Shown: positions 35,766 to 49,801, counted from the stretch's first letter. The stretch: DNA of 64,000 nt from Octopus sinensis (GCF_006345805.1 NC_043016.1:5580001-5644000); one strand, 5' to 3'. The notes: generated by a model not told the origin, from the letters alone. A program made the numbers and translations.

Positions 35766-36692
35766 CTAGCTATATATATATATATATATATATTAATAAA
35801 TAAAACATATGCATATATATAAACATATATACGTACCTAACCACCTCTACATGTACATATACACGCATATATGAGTACAGGACACCAAAAAAGACGTCGA
35901 ACACAATGAGAAACGAAAAGATAAACACAAACCCGAGGAACTGGACATTTTTAACAACAAAAAAATAGAGTACAGGACAATTAACACAAAGAAAACCCTT
36001 CTTCAGTCGCTATGGTTTCATCTACTCTACGTTTCGAAGGTGAAAGCGAACGTATCTTCGACAAGAAACTTTCCTTCCTGCGAAAAGCAAATCAATTAAA
36101 ATTTTGAGATCTTTTCGCAGGGGTAAAAAATGGTAACAAAAACAGGACAGTAACGACAGTACAAATTATAAACAGTAAAGACAGGACAAGGAAAAACAAG
36201 ATAAGAAGGCTGTTAACGCCGAACGAAAAAAGTATTACGAACGCGGATTTTTTTGTGAACGACGACGAAGCAAAAAGAATTGCCGTCCACACCTCGAGAG
36301 GGTTAGGCTAGAAAGACAGTAGCGGAAGTCTCGTCGCGGGTCAACGACGGGAGGGAGGAGGATGAGCAAGAGAAAGGGAGAGAAGAAGGAATGGTTGTGA
36401 GGAAACCATGAAAATGAGAGAGGGGGAGAGAGAGAGTGAAGAATGAGAGAGAGGGAGAGACAAGTTAAGTAGAGGAAAAGGAAATCAAAGAATGAAGGCT
36501 GAGAAAGGGATGGGACAGAAGGTTAAGAGTGCGCATCAAAGTTAATATTAAGAACAAAACTTAATATCAAGAACAATCTTACTTAAAAAGGATGCGTGCG
36601 TTTCGTCATATAATATATTAATAAATAAAACATATGTATATATATAAACATATGTGTACGTACCTAATATATATATAGCTAGACAGACAGAC

Positions 36693-37077
<385 letters not shown>

Positions 37078-37259
37078 AATACAAATTAGTAATGCAATAC
37101 TAGAGTATTGCTTTCCAGTAAAGAATAGCCCGTGAGGGAAAAATATACAAAAAAGTAAATATATGGCACAACGAAGTACCGATATTTACTGGAAATAGCG
37201 AACGTAATAATACGACGCTAATGTATAGCTTCACCGCGTATGTACTAGCAAAAATGCGT

Positions 37260-39037
37260 GTGTGCAACAAACTAGAAAAAATTGTCTTACAACGAACTGT
37301 TGAGAAAGGAGGGAGACAGCCTGAGATTGACGCCGCCTATGGAAGTTATTGAAAAAACAGAGAGAAAGACAATAATATATAGAACGCTATCTGTTGCAAC
37401 AAAAAGAGTGGAAATAGCAGCAGTGGAGGCAGTCGAAGAATACTTGAGAGATGTCAATGATTTAACGACGTACTACACCAGAGGAAAGAAATACGGCACA
37501 ATGGCAGTACGCTTCGTGAGTGAAGAAGAAGCGATAAAACACTCCACTGTACTTTTGAGATCAACTGAGTGGGTACTACTACCAAACTACTGTGGAAAAC
37601 GTGCGGCCAGAGTAAGGATTAGTAGAGTGCTCCCAGAAATTGACGAGACGTGGCTGGTGGCAGCCATCTTCTATAATACAGAGGAAGACACCATCAAAAC
37701 ACTGAAAATTACAAGAACTACGGCGGTGAACTGCAAGGGATACGGAGTGGAGGTGTCGGTTCACATAAGTTTACCAGACCTCCACAAAATTGCAGAGGTA
37801 TTGGTGTTGCCGGCCAAGACGCGGTTGAGAATGGTAGTGGAAGGAACACCACCCGTATGCTATTAATGTGGAGTACGGGGACACATGAAAGCTAAGCGTC
37901 CCCGAAAACACGAAGAGAAGGTGACGGAGATGGAACAGCAAGAAGAGGTGGACGTGCAAGGCATAGAGGAGCAGAGGCCAGTGGAAAATATGGAAGAAAG
38001 ATACACAGTGGTGAAGAGGAAGAAAAGACAAGAAAACACGGACTCACCACCAAAGAGTTCCATGAAGAAAAGAAAAGGATGTGTTGAGGAGAGACAAGGG
38101 TTACCAAAAGGGGGAAAAACGAACGAGCAGAAAAGAAACGAGATGTCGGTAAAATTAAGCGAGAAACACGAAAAGAGAAAACTGAGAGCGACAGCGGCAA
38201 TTAGCACGGAGGAGAAAGTAAAAGGACAAGAAGAGAAGGAAGACATGGAAATATCAGCAACATTAGCCGTTCAAGAATTTGGACCTAGAGATCTCCATTT
38301 CCAGCGACTTCGAGGGCTACCTCCCAGTGGTGTCGGGCGTCAACGAAGAGCCCTCAACTACAACAAGACGACCAAAGTTTTTTTTTCCCAAGGTCTGGGG
38401 TCTCCCGCCCCTAAGCCCTAGACCATCACCTAATCACCATATCAACAATCAGCAACAGCAGAAGAGATTAGTGATGGAAATCAGAAAGTAACATTGAAGG
38501 GAAAACAAGTAAGAACTGTGATACAGTACAGAAAAAATGTAGAAATTGAAAAAGAAAAAAAAAAAAAGATCACGAAAATGTAAAATGTAATTAGGGTGAA
38601 GTTAGTGCCTAAAGCGTGCAATGAAGGATTTAAAGCAGTCTTGCTTGTAAGGTGAAAAATTAAAGGTGAAAGTGAAAAATTAGAGGAACTATTCGGGGAA
38701 ATGATAGAAATATCACCGTTACAGTTTCGATTCAATGAGTTGCCACCGGTGGAGGCATTTAAGGACTAAGTGGAATGGGTAATATAAAGGAAAGTGAGGT
38801 ATTTAAAATTTAAAAATAAGAACTTTTTAAAAAAAATGATGGAGAAAAAAAAAATGAACCGTGTGATACAAAAACAGTAAAATGGAACTGCCTGCTTTGT
38901 GGGGAAAGGTAAACCATTTCCTCTCATTTATCAATTATTCATAATTTCATCCGTTATATGTTTTGTGTACCTCTCTGTATTGTTTTGTCTGTCTTTGTCC
39001 CATCTTTATAAGAGGCCTTATGCCTAAAAAAAGAAAT
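37260..39037 (+). mobile_element. Tx1-derived ORF1-only element (decayed)
   Basis: ORF1 with GKRAARVRI, VVEGTPPVCY*CGVRGHMK and FNELPPV..FKD (38731-38766), then a LINE-like T-rich 3'UTR ending AAAGAAAT. No EN or RT sequence. Confidence 0.8.
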
Positions 39038-39069
39038 CAGGATGTTGGCGTTGCCTCGGCGGAGGTTTG

Positions 39070-40442
39070 TCTCACAGGCGGTTTGAGTTGTTTTTTGTCT
39101 TGTTAGATTAAATCATAGTGTTAAATATTTGTTTGATTGAGTGTTACTGTTCAAATTGTTGCTAGTGTTATTTTGAATTGTTGTCTTATCCCATTGTGAG
39201 AAAAAGGCCAGCAGGTGGCCACAGTTATGCGGCTGCAAACGGAAAAGGGATAGACGTGGAAACACTGGAGGTACGAGAAATAAAGTTTGAACCTCGAAAA
39301 ATGAAAGAAAGCGAGAAGTTGCTGGAAAGAGACAGGAACACACTGAAATTAACGCCGCCTGTGGAACTAGCAACCAACATAATGAAAAATAAAAACGGTG
39401 ATATATAAGACAATGAATATAGCAACAAGGAAAATAGAAATAGCGACAATAGAGGCTATTGAAGAATGTTTTAAGAATATAAGACTAACCACATTTATAA
39501 CAAGAGGGACAAAGTATGCTACTGTAGAGTAAGCAATTAAGCACTCCACGGAGGCAATAAGATCTGAAGAAGGTACTTTTGCCATCGTACTGTGGAAAAC
39601 GTGTGGCCAGGGTGCGAGTTGGCAAAGTGACCCCAGAGCTGAAAGAAGCATGTCTGATGACAGCCATAATATATGACATGAATGAGGAGGCCAAGATACT
39701 GAATGAAGGCCACAAGACCCCAAGGAATAAACAACTGGGGATATGGAAATGAGTTAACCGTTCAAGCAACAATGGAAGACCTAGACAGAATTGTCGAAGG
39801 GATAGTGCCGCCCGATGACGTAAGATTGAGAGTAGTGGTGGAGGGCAGGCCGCCTATATATTATACATGTGGGGAAAAGGGCCACATGAAAGCGAGGTGC
39901 CCCCAGAGGGAACAACAGATAGAGTAGACGGAGAGGCAGGAGAGCACGGACCAGGTGGTACAGGTCGAGATAAAGGAGAAAGCAACGGAGTTCACGGTGT
40001 TTTAAAAAAAGAAGTGGGAGAGTGAACTCTTCACCGGAGCGGCAGAAAAAGAAGAAAGAAGGAGTGATGGTGGAGTTTGATGAATTGCCACCAGTAGTGG
40101 AGCTAAAAGATTTAGAACCTTTCATGAAATATTAAATAGGAAAAAGTAAGTAAAATTGTTTTATTGAAGAAAGAAGGAAAAAAGTAAAATTGTTTCATTA
40201 AAAAAAAGAGGGAAAAACGAGATTAAGAAAAAACAGTAAGATAATAGAACAATTGTAAATAGTTTATATAAACATTCAAATGATGCTGCATGTGAGTAGG
40301 GCCCATGCAACCATTTCATTTATCATTTTTATATAACATCTCATTTTCATTCGTTTTATGTTTTTGTCCCCACTGTGGTGTTGTGTTTGTCTTTGTAGTG
40401 TCTCCTCTGTGTTTGGCCGTAGTGCCAAAATAAAGAAACATT
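39070..40442 (+). mobile_element. Tx1-derived ORF1-only element with 12-bp TSD
   Basis: 5'UTR, frameshifted ORF1 (VVVEGRPPIYYTCGEKGHMKARC; FDELPPVVELKD), 3'UTR ending AATAAAGAAAC. GGCGGAGGTTTG at 39058-39069 and 40443-40454. Confidence 0.85.
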
Positions 40443-40664
40443 GGCGGAGGTTTGCGATCTCTGAGTGCTCTTGTTTCGATTATTCCCAAATTTATTTCCA
40501 AGTTATAAAAATTGTTATATTAATATACTATAATACCTACGTAGTTACCTGTTACGCTTAGTTGAAAGGAAGAGGTAAAAAGAGAGAAATGAAACTTAGG
40601 CAGAAGTATAGTTGTAGTAAGAAGCAAAGTGGCAAAAAATAAGGAGTAAGGAGTAAGTGAGTGA

Positions 40665-40765
40665 GAGATAGATAGATAGATAGATAGAAAGATAGATAGA
40701 TAGATAGATAGACAGACAGATAGACAGATAGATAGATAGATAGATAGATAGACAGACAGATAGAC

Positions 40766-40837
<72 letters not shown>

Positions 40838-40840
40838 GAC
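40665..40840. repeat. (TAGA)n/(GA)n microsatellite
   Basis: Direct reading. Confidence 0.95.
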
Positions 40841-41687
40841 ATTGATATTCCTGAGAGGTAAGAGGAATATATTGCGTTAAATGCAGGAGAAAGGTTAGCG
40901 GCAAAGAGACATAAAGGAGGGAGAGAGGAGGGAAGGGAAAAAGAGAAAGAGACTTAGAGAGATATCTGGAGTGAACGAAAGGAGTGGATAGAGAATGATA
41001 GGGAAAGAGAATGAAGCTATTCTCAGAGAGAAAACGCTGGAAAACTTTTCGTTTTGGACGATATATGATAAAGTCAGTGTGACAGTTAATTCTATGCCGT
41101 TTGAAAGGCATTTGTATGAAATTTCATTAAAATTCCTGAAAGTTGTGAGGCGAAAAATGTGAGGTCATGTGAATTTTCCGAAACTCTTCTAGCCCCTCAG
41201 CAAAAAAAAAATTTCCAACAAATCTTAACATACACACAATTAACAGGATCTAAGCGATTATTTATGGAATTTAGAGGTAATTATTCGATAGTTATTAAAT
41301 GAAGTCACTATTTACACATGCTAACATTTTAAAATATTTTCTGTGTAAAAATTATCGTACAAGAAATTCACTGCAAAAAAAAAAAAAAAACATAAAAAAT
41401 CGCCGGAAACAATCGCAGTAATGAAAACTTGGGAATTCAAAATTTCAGGATTGTGGATCCGGATTTGGCCCGGAATGTTTAAAATGTACTCACGGAGTGG
41501 GCCTGATTCCAAAAAAGGTATGATATGCTGGACTACGGCGTCTTGGAATAAAGTTGAAAAAGTGTAACACACTGATACACTGACGTTTGCATTTATTATA
41601 TTAGATGTATGTGTGTGTGTGTGTGTGTGTGCGGGTGCGTGCGTGCATGTGTTTGTGCATGTATGTATGTGTGAATGTGTGTTTATG

Positions 41688-41730
<43 letters not shown>

Positions 41731-41795
41731 TATATATTATATATATATCAATTTAAATACACAACGGAAAGAGCTACTAATAGTTTCAGGTTTTA

Positions 41796-43050
41796 CGAGG
41801 GGCGTTCAATAAGTAATGCCCCTGACCCACTTCCCATAGCAGTAGAGCAACGAAACTTGGCACAGTTATTAGTCTTTTTCTACATAGGAACCACCCAGAG
41901 TTACGCATTTCTCCCATCGTTTGATACGGCTCTGGAGACCGTTTTTGTAGAAGAACCCAGCTTGGTCCTCCAACCTCAACCTGACTTCAGAAATCAAGGC
42001 TGCATCATCTGGGAAACGCTTTCCTTTCAAAAACAACTTCATGATTGGGAAGAGGTGAAAATCAGAGGGTGCAAGGTCAGGAAAGTAGAGGGGATGGGGA
42101 GGAGTTCATAGCCATACGCCTGTGCTTCTGATCTGGCGACAAGCGAGTTGTGGAGCGGAGCGTTGTCCTGCAGGAGGAGGATGCCTTTGCTGATCTTGCC
42201 CCGCCTCTTGATTTTGATAACTTCTCTTAATTTCCTCAAAAGTGAAACATAATAGGCTCCTGTAATTGTGGTACCCTTTGCCAGGAAATCTGTCATCACT
42301 ACTCCGTCCTGGTCCCAGAAGACTGTGAGCATGACCTTGCCAGCGGAGGGCTGCACCCTTGCCTTCTTTGGAGGGGGTGAGTCACGGTGCTTCCACTGCA
42401 TTGACTGGGCTTTGGTCTCTGGATCATCGTGATGGACCCAGGTTTCATCCTGTGTAATCAGTCTTTTGAAAAATTTTGACTCATCTTCTTGGCACATCTC
42501 CAAATTCATCCTCGAGCACTCGACGCGTTCTTGCTTCTGGAAAGGCGTGAGTAACCTGGGAATCCATCTGGCAGACACCTTTTGCATAAGCAAATGGTCA
42601 TGAATGATAGTTTCCACAGACCCGGTACTAATCTTGACCTCATGGGCTATTTGGCGAATAATTATGCGTCGATCTTCCAAAATGGCAGCCTCAACTTGAC
42701 GGACAGATGCCTCGTCAATGGCAGAAGGGGGCGACCAGATCTGGGAGCTGTTTCCACAGAGTTCCGACCATGTTTGAATTCACGATGGTCATATGATAGG
42801 GCATCATCACCATAAGTTACTTTCATTTCATCAAAAGTCTCCCGTGGTGTGCGTCCTTTCAAATACAAAAACCGGATCACTGCTCGACACTCAACAGGCT
42901 CCAAACACCTGTAAATCAGAAACCACAATTAATTCAGAGTTGTAATTTGTCACTTACTCTATAGAGATATAAATGATTGCACATGCAAAATTTCAGCTAG
43001 ATCAAACAACTGCAAATGGGTCAGGGGCATTACTTATTGAGCGTCCCTCG
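41796..43050 (-). mobile_element. mariner (DD34D) transposon, frameshifted
   Basis: TIRs CGAGGGGCGTTCAATAAGTAATGCCCCTGACCC with TA TSDs; ITQDETWVHH, LLLQDNAP and DLAPSDFHLF motifs. Confidence 0.95.
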
Positions 43051-43299
43051 TATGTTACTTGACAGTCATACTCATAAAATGCACCATGTGTCTTGAAACA
43101 ATCTTTTGGGCTCTATTTATGCATTATATATTAAAAACTTGAATGCAATGCTGGACAGTAAAAAAATAAGAAAAAAACGTGGAAAAAACATGAAGAAGGT
43201 TGATGCCAAAAAAATGGAACGAGAAAAAAAAACGAAATCAAGAAAACTTGAATACAGAAAGCTGGTTTAGAACAAAATAACGGAAAATTTGTCAAAGTC

Positions 43300-43850
43300 T
43301 GCGGGACAGTATCTCAATCCAGAGGGTGGTGCCCTCCACTATTCTTCACTTAATTCTATGTGGTGAGGAGCTACTCTTCAAATACCATACGTGGCTAGCC
43401 AACTTAGTTGCATTGCTTTTATTGATGTGTCGGAAAGAAGATAAGTGGTTTGCATAACGTCTCTTCAATTCGCTCACATATAACCCAATGTCATTCTTCT
43501 TTTTAAATGATTTGTTAAAAAAAATTATGATCCATATTTTTGCTTAAAGAGTTGTAGTATATTTTATCATTGAAGTCGCTGTTAGCTAGGGAATTATTAT
43601 AGTAGGAGGATGCCTTATCAAATAGCCTATTACTAATGTTAGTTATCAAAGTTTTAAAGACTATAGGGGTTGACAGGACTGTTTATGTATGTATTGGCTT
43701 TTGATATGGCTTATAAATCTAGGGAAACATCTAGACAAATTAGACAGATTAGTAGTAACAGTGATTTTGAGGCCTAATTGACTGAGATTTTTCGTAAATT
43801 TATCAAAAGTGTGACCATTACAGCCATGCGATATTCTCATGATGGTCTAT
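43300..43850 (-). mobile_element. Decayed Penelope-like RT-thumb/GIY-YIG fragment
   Basis: ERELKRRYANHLSSF...SNATKLASHVWYLK, FDKASSYYNNSL, LGLKIT. Confidence 0.75.
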
Positions 43851-43878
43851 ATTGAGACACCTATGTGCGCGCGCGCGT

Positions 43879-44073
43879 GTCTGCCAATGCTTGACAACAG
43901 GTGTTCGTTTGTTTATGTCCCAGTAAATTAGCGGCTCGGCAAGACGCCGATAGAACAAGTACCAGGCTTTAAAAATAAAGGACTGGGGTCGATTTGTTCG
44001 AGTCAAGCCTTCAAGGCGGTGCTTAAGCATGGTCGCGATCCACTGACTGAAACGAGTAATAAGTAAAAGATAA
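43879..44073 (+). mobile_element. SINE 3' half (family of 46048-46463)
   Basis: CGATAGAACAAGTACCAGGC...GGGGTCGATTTG...GCATGG...ACTGAAAC. Confidence 0.75.
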
Positions 44074-44102
44074 TAGAATAAATACAAATGAAATCGCAGG
44101 TA

Positions 44103-44336
44103 ATACAGTTCTATATTTAAGAGATGAGGAATTATGTACATTATTTACATTATTTACAATTGACAGATATTTGTCCTCATCTTGTTTGTTGTTAACACAA
44201 CGTTTCGGCTGATACACTCTCCAGCCTTCATCAGGTGTCTTGGGGGAAATTTTGAACCTGGGTTCTCATTCCTAAGGTATTTTTTGAAATTTCCCCAAGA
44301 CAACAAGATGAGGACTAATATCCGTCAAATGTAAAT
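44103..44336 (-). repeat. Penelope-type short repeat with intact minimal hammerhead and short inverted tail
   Basis: GACAC-CTGATGA-A-GGCTG(GAGAGTGTAT)CAGCC-GAAA-CGT-T-GTGTT at 44239-44194. Inverted partial copy 44286-44340. Flanking AATGAAATCGCAGGTA at 44087-44102 and 44337-44352. Confidence 0.85.
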
Positions 44337-44499
44337 AATGAAATCGCAGGTATTTGACAACGTATGTTAAGATTTCTAGTTATAAAATATGAGTGAATAA
44401 GAAAGGAAAGTGAATACATGAATCTAGTTCTTTGAAATAATTGAATTTATCAGCTGACAGGTTTATAGGTTAACTTTTAGACCCATCCGAAGAAATGTT

Positions 44500-44674
44500 G
44501 GTTTCAAATTAAGTCGATTACAGCGACCCCAGTGATCAATTGGTACTTATTTTGTCAACTCCGAAAAGATGAAAGGCAAAGTTGACCACGGCGGAATTTG
44601 AACTCAGAACGTAAAGATGGTCGAAATGCCGCTAAGCACTTTACCCGGCGTGCTAACGATTCCGCCAGCTCACT
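44500..44674 (-). mobile_element. tRNA-derived SINE (family of 36771-36980)
   Basis: Reverse complement GAGCTGGCGGAATCGTTAGCACGCCGGG...GAGTTCAAATTCCGCC. Confidence 0.8.
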
Positions 44675-46047
44675 ATCTGAAGAAATATTGCCAATGATTT
44701 CATAATATAGAATAAGAAACAGCCGATATCGAGAATTGTTCATAATAATCGTAGGATTGAAGAAAATTACATGTCAGTAAGAAATTTATCTTTAGGAGCA
44801 AAAAATCAATGAAATCAGTTTTTTTACTAATGGTAAAAGAAATAATAATCTCAGCAGTATTGGGAAGATCTAAGAATACATTAGTAAGGAAAATTGCGTA
44901 AACATACTGAAAGATGGGGAAATGATTAAAGGTCATGTGATTACTATCAGAAGAGAAAAGGTTCACAGTTGTGTCTATATAATGTAAACGAAATGGGACG
45001 GAATTGAATGAAAAGAAAGAAAAGAATGAATATAATCAAGAGGAATCAAAACAATTCGTCACTAAAGCAGTAAAACAATATATCAGAATTTTGTGAAAAA
45101 TCCTAATGTGAATATGCATATCAAGTTATCTTTAGAGAAACACAATAACTAGAATGTTTAAAATACCTGAAATTCTATTTAAATTGAAGAATACGGGTGA
45201 GTAATAAGAGAATATATGTAGAAAGGAAGTATAGTTATGTATATAATAAAACATAGAGATAGAAATTGCTAAACCTGGTACTTGGGAAATAACATTATGT
45301 AACTGATGATTACTGGTAAAGTCAAGTTTAAGTTTCGAAATAAAACTTAAAGTTTAAAATTAAAGTTAAAAAATAAAGATAATAAAAACCAAAGAAATAA
45401 AGAAATAATAAGAATTAGAGATTAAAAATTTTGGAAGAAGGGTAAAAAATTGACGAATTAAAAAATTTGAAAGTTAACAGAAAGCAATTGCAGCATGGAA
45501 GGTGTTTATAAGCCAATTAAGAAACACAAAAGCCGTTAGAGACCGCGTTATACACATATCCATTATACCATTGTACACATATCCATATACCCCCACACAC
45601 CTATGAATATGTAGTCCACATAAACTAACATATAGACATAAATACACCCATATACCCATATTTCTTATAAACGCTAAGACCTACATTTTTACGTTTAAAA
45701 TTCAGTTATATTATTTTCATCGACAAGCTAAGTAACGTTTTTTATTTAACAATATTATTTAACTTTTGAATTGTATTAAGTTTGATTATTATTATCGTTA
45801 TTATTATTGTTGTTGTTAAAATATTAATTTTATATATAATTTCTTGATAATTATTAATTATGATATGTATATCTATTTATTTATTATGCTTTATTATTAT
45901 TTTTATAATGTGATTTAACGTATTACATATAATTTAATTAGTTTTGTAAGATAATACATTATTTAATAGTTAGGTGGTCTATTTATTACGTAGTGTTACA
46001 TTTAAGTAAATTAGTTTCATATTAATTGATATTTTGGTCAACTATAT

Positions 46048-46463
46048 TCTTTTACTCTTTACTCTTTTACTTATTTCAGTCATTTGACTACGGCCATGCT
46101 GGAGCACCGCCTTTAGTCGGGCAAATAGACCCCGGGACTTATTCTTTGTAAGCCTAGTACTTATTCTATCGGTCTCTTTTGCCGAACCGCTAAGTGACGG
46201 GGACGTAGACACACCAGCATCGGTTGTCAAGCAATGCTAGGGAGACAAACACAGACACACAAACACACACACATAATACATATATATATATACATATATA
46301 CGACAGGCTTCTTTCAGTTTCCGTCTACCAAATCCACTCACAAGGCATTGGTCGCCCGAGGCTATAGTAGAAGACACTTGCCCAAGGTGCCACGCAGTGG
46401 GACTGAACCCGGAACCATGTGGTTGGTTAGCAAGCTACTTACCACACAGCCACTCCTGCGCCT
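46048..46463 (-). mobile_element. Full-length tRNA-derived SINE
   Basis: AGGCGCAGGAGTGGCTGTGTGGTAAG head, GGGTTCAGTCCC B-box, (AAAGAGT)n tail. Confidence 0.9.
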
Positions 46464-46554
46464 ATTATTGAGTAAAATATTAAATCTATATTTCGTTTTT
46501 GGATTTGGTTTGCAAGATTCTTTATATGAGTTCGTGTGTTGAAGCATATTCTGT

Positions 46555-49405
46555 TGTGTCTGGGGAGAGTCATTCTCTTTTAGTGCCTTATTATTTAACA
46601 CACTCACCGGTAGAAATTCCACTTTTTTTTCTTATTTTTATTTTCTAAAATTTTCGTTGCATCTTGCAAACTTTTCAATAGTTTTAACTCTGTCCGTTAT
46701 TTACACTGCGTTCCCTTTTGTTTGTTTGTGCGTATGTGTGTGCCTATACATGCATGCATGTACATATGTGTGTGTTTGCATGTGTATGTATGTATATATA
46801 TGTGTGTGTATGCATATGTATGTATGTATGTGTGTGCATCTGTATGTACGTATCATGCATATTTATGTGCTTGCCTCTCCGTGTTTGTGTATTTTCTATG
46901 TACGAGGGGCGTTCAATAAGTAATGCCCCTGACCCACTTCCCATAGCAGTAGAGCAACGAAACTTGGCACAGTTATTAGTCTTTTTCTACATAGGAACCA
47001 CCCAGAGTTACGCATTTCTCCCATCGTTTGATGCGGCTCTGGATACCGTTTTTGTAGAAGAACCCAGCTTGGTCCTCCAACCTCAACCTGACTTCAGAAA
47101 TCAAGGCTGCATCATCTGGGAAACGCTTTCCTTTCAAAAACAACTTCATGATTGGGAAGAGGTGAAAATCAGAGGGTGCAAGGTCAGGAAAGTAGGGGAA
47201 TGGGGAAGAGTTCATCCCCATACGCCTGTGCTTCTGATCTGGCGACAAGCGAGTTGTGGAGCGGAGCGTTGTCCTGCAGGAGGAGGATGCCTTTGCTGAT
47301 CTTGCCCCGCCTCTTGATTTTGATAACTTCTCTTAATTTCATCAAAAATGAAGCATAATAGGCTCCTGCAATTGTGGTACCCTTTGCCAGGAAATCTGTC
47401 ATCACTACTCCGTCCTGGTCTCAGAAGACTGTGAGCATGACCTTGCCAGCGGAGGGCTGCACCCTTGCCTTCTTTGGAGGGGGTGAGTCACGGTGCTTCC
47501 ACTGCATTGACTGGGCTTTGGTCTCTGGATCATCGTGATGGACCCAGGTTTCATCTTGTGTAATCAGTCTTTTGAAAAATTTTGACTCATCTTCTTGGCA
47601 CATCTCCAAATTCACCCTCGAGCACTCGACGCGTTCTTGCTTCTGGAAAGGCGTGAGCAACCTGGGAATCCATCTGGCAGACACCTTTTGCATATGCAAA
47701 TGGTCATGAATGATAGTTTCCACAGACCCGGTACTAATCTTGACCTCATGGGCTATTTGGCGAATAATTATGCGTCGATCTTCCAAAATGGCAGCCTCAA
47801 CTTGACGGACAGATGCCTCATCAATGGCAGAAGGGGGCGACCAGATCTGGGAGCTGTTTCCACAGAGTTTCGACCATGTTTAAATTCACGATGCCAGCGT
47901 TTTACATGGTCATATGATGGGGCATCATCACCATAAGTTACTTTCATTTCATCAAAAGTCTCCCGTGGTGTGCGTTCTTTCAAATACAAAAACCGGATCA
48001 CTGCTCCATTTCACACTTGACTCAGTTCAAACACCTGTAAATCAGAAACCACAATTAATTCAGAGCTGTAATTTGCCACTTACTCTATAGAGATATAAAT
48101 GATTGCACATGTAAAATTTCAGCTAGATCAAACAACTGCAAGTGGGTCAGAGGCATTACTTATTGAACGTCCCTCGTATGTGTGTGTTAGCATGTGTTTG
48201 TATATATATGCACCTCTGTCTCCTTGTGTGTGCATGTCTGTGTGTGTGTGTGTTATGTAACTATGTACCATGTTTGTATGTATGGATGTACATCTTTATA
48301 TGTGTGGATCCGTGTCTCCATACGTGTCTGTTCATATACCTATCCGTCTGTATGTTGATCTGTTTATTATATATCTAAATGCTTACATACAGTAATAAAA
48401 AAAATATTAAAAAAAATATATAAAAAATATAAAAAAGGGAGCATTGCGGAACGGATAAATGAACATCTAAGACAATATGACGACAGAAAACAGTCCTCCA
48501 TACTCTACCAACATGCCAAAGACCACCATGGAGGTAACTTGGGTCAACTTGACATCCGCATCTTATCCAAGCACCCAAAAGACCCAACACTCAGACAAAT
48601 GCGGGAGTACGTCCTTATAAATGAAACATCCCCAATATTAAATAGGAAATATACACAATAAATACCATACCTCCATACCCACTGTTTACACAGGTTGAGT
48701 AGAATAGTTAGGGGACTGTTAGGTAGATAAATGTATGCATGTGAGTGTGAGTGTGTGTATACCTCTTTTTTAATCATATTTTTGTTATTTTTTAATATTT
48801 TTTATATATTAAAAAAAAATTTATATTTTATATATATTTTAAATTTTAAATTTTTTATTTTTTATTTCTGTATGTAAGCTCTTAGATATACAAATAAACA
48901 GATCAATATAGACGGATAGGTATATAGACTATATGAACAGACATGGTACATAGTTACATAACACACACACACACATATATGCACACACAAGGAGACAGAG
49001 GTGCATACATATACAAACACATGCTCACACACACATACATAAAAAATACACAAACACAGACAGGCAAGCACATAAATATGCAGGATACGTACATACAGAT
49101 GCACACACATACATACATATATACATATGCATACACACACATATATACATACATACACATGCAAGTACACAGACACATACATATGTACATGCATGCATGT
49201 TTAGGCACACACGCACTCACCCACACGCATGCGCACAAACAAACAAAAGATAACGCAGTGTAAATAACGGACAGAGTCAAAACTATTGAAAAGGTTGCAA
49301 GACGCAAAGAAAATTTTAGAAAATAAAAATAAGAAAAAAAGTGGAAATTTTACCGGTGAGTGTGTTAAATAATAAGGCACTAAAAGAGAATGACTCTCCC
49401 CAGAC
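46555..49405. repeat. Long inverted repeat (~600-bp arms) around a GIY-YIG remnant; left arm split by mariner
   Basis: 46555-46900 plus 48177-48420 is the reverse complement of 48780-49405. Spacer 48435-48645 encodes RSIAERINEHLR...SILYQHAKDHH...RQMREYVLI. Confidence 0.82.
46903..48176 (-). mobile_element. mariner (DD34D) transposon, second copy
   Basis: Same TIRs and TA TSDs; frameshifted transposase. Confidence 0.95.
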
Positions 49406-49682
49406 ACATTAAATCTATAGATACTATATATATATTTATGATATAGTTAGTTTATCTAATAGGTGTGTATTTATTTGAACCATTTCCTATTTTTAATTCC
49501 AATATTTATAGCTTGTACTAACATTATATATATTACTTAACATTAAGGTTTTTAATATAAATCACTTAATGAGTATAAGATTTTATTTAGATGTTTATTT
49601 AATAAATAAATAAATAAATAATTTAATTTAATGTATATAGTTTAAATTATAGTATTTAGTTTTCACTTATGTATATTTTGTA

Positions 49683-49750
<68 letters not shown>

Positions 49751-49752
49751 TA

Positions 49753-49801
<49 letters not shown>

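Noticed and set aside
35995-36070. Possible hammerhead (CCTTCGAAACGTA ... CTGAAGAAGG on minus)
   Set aside because: No complementary stem I could be formed in either permutation.
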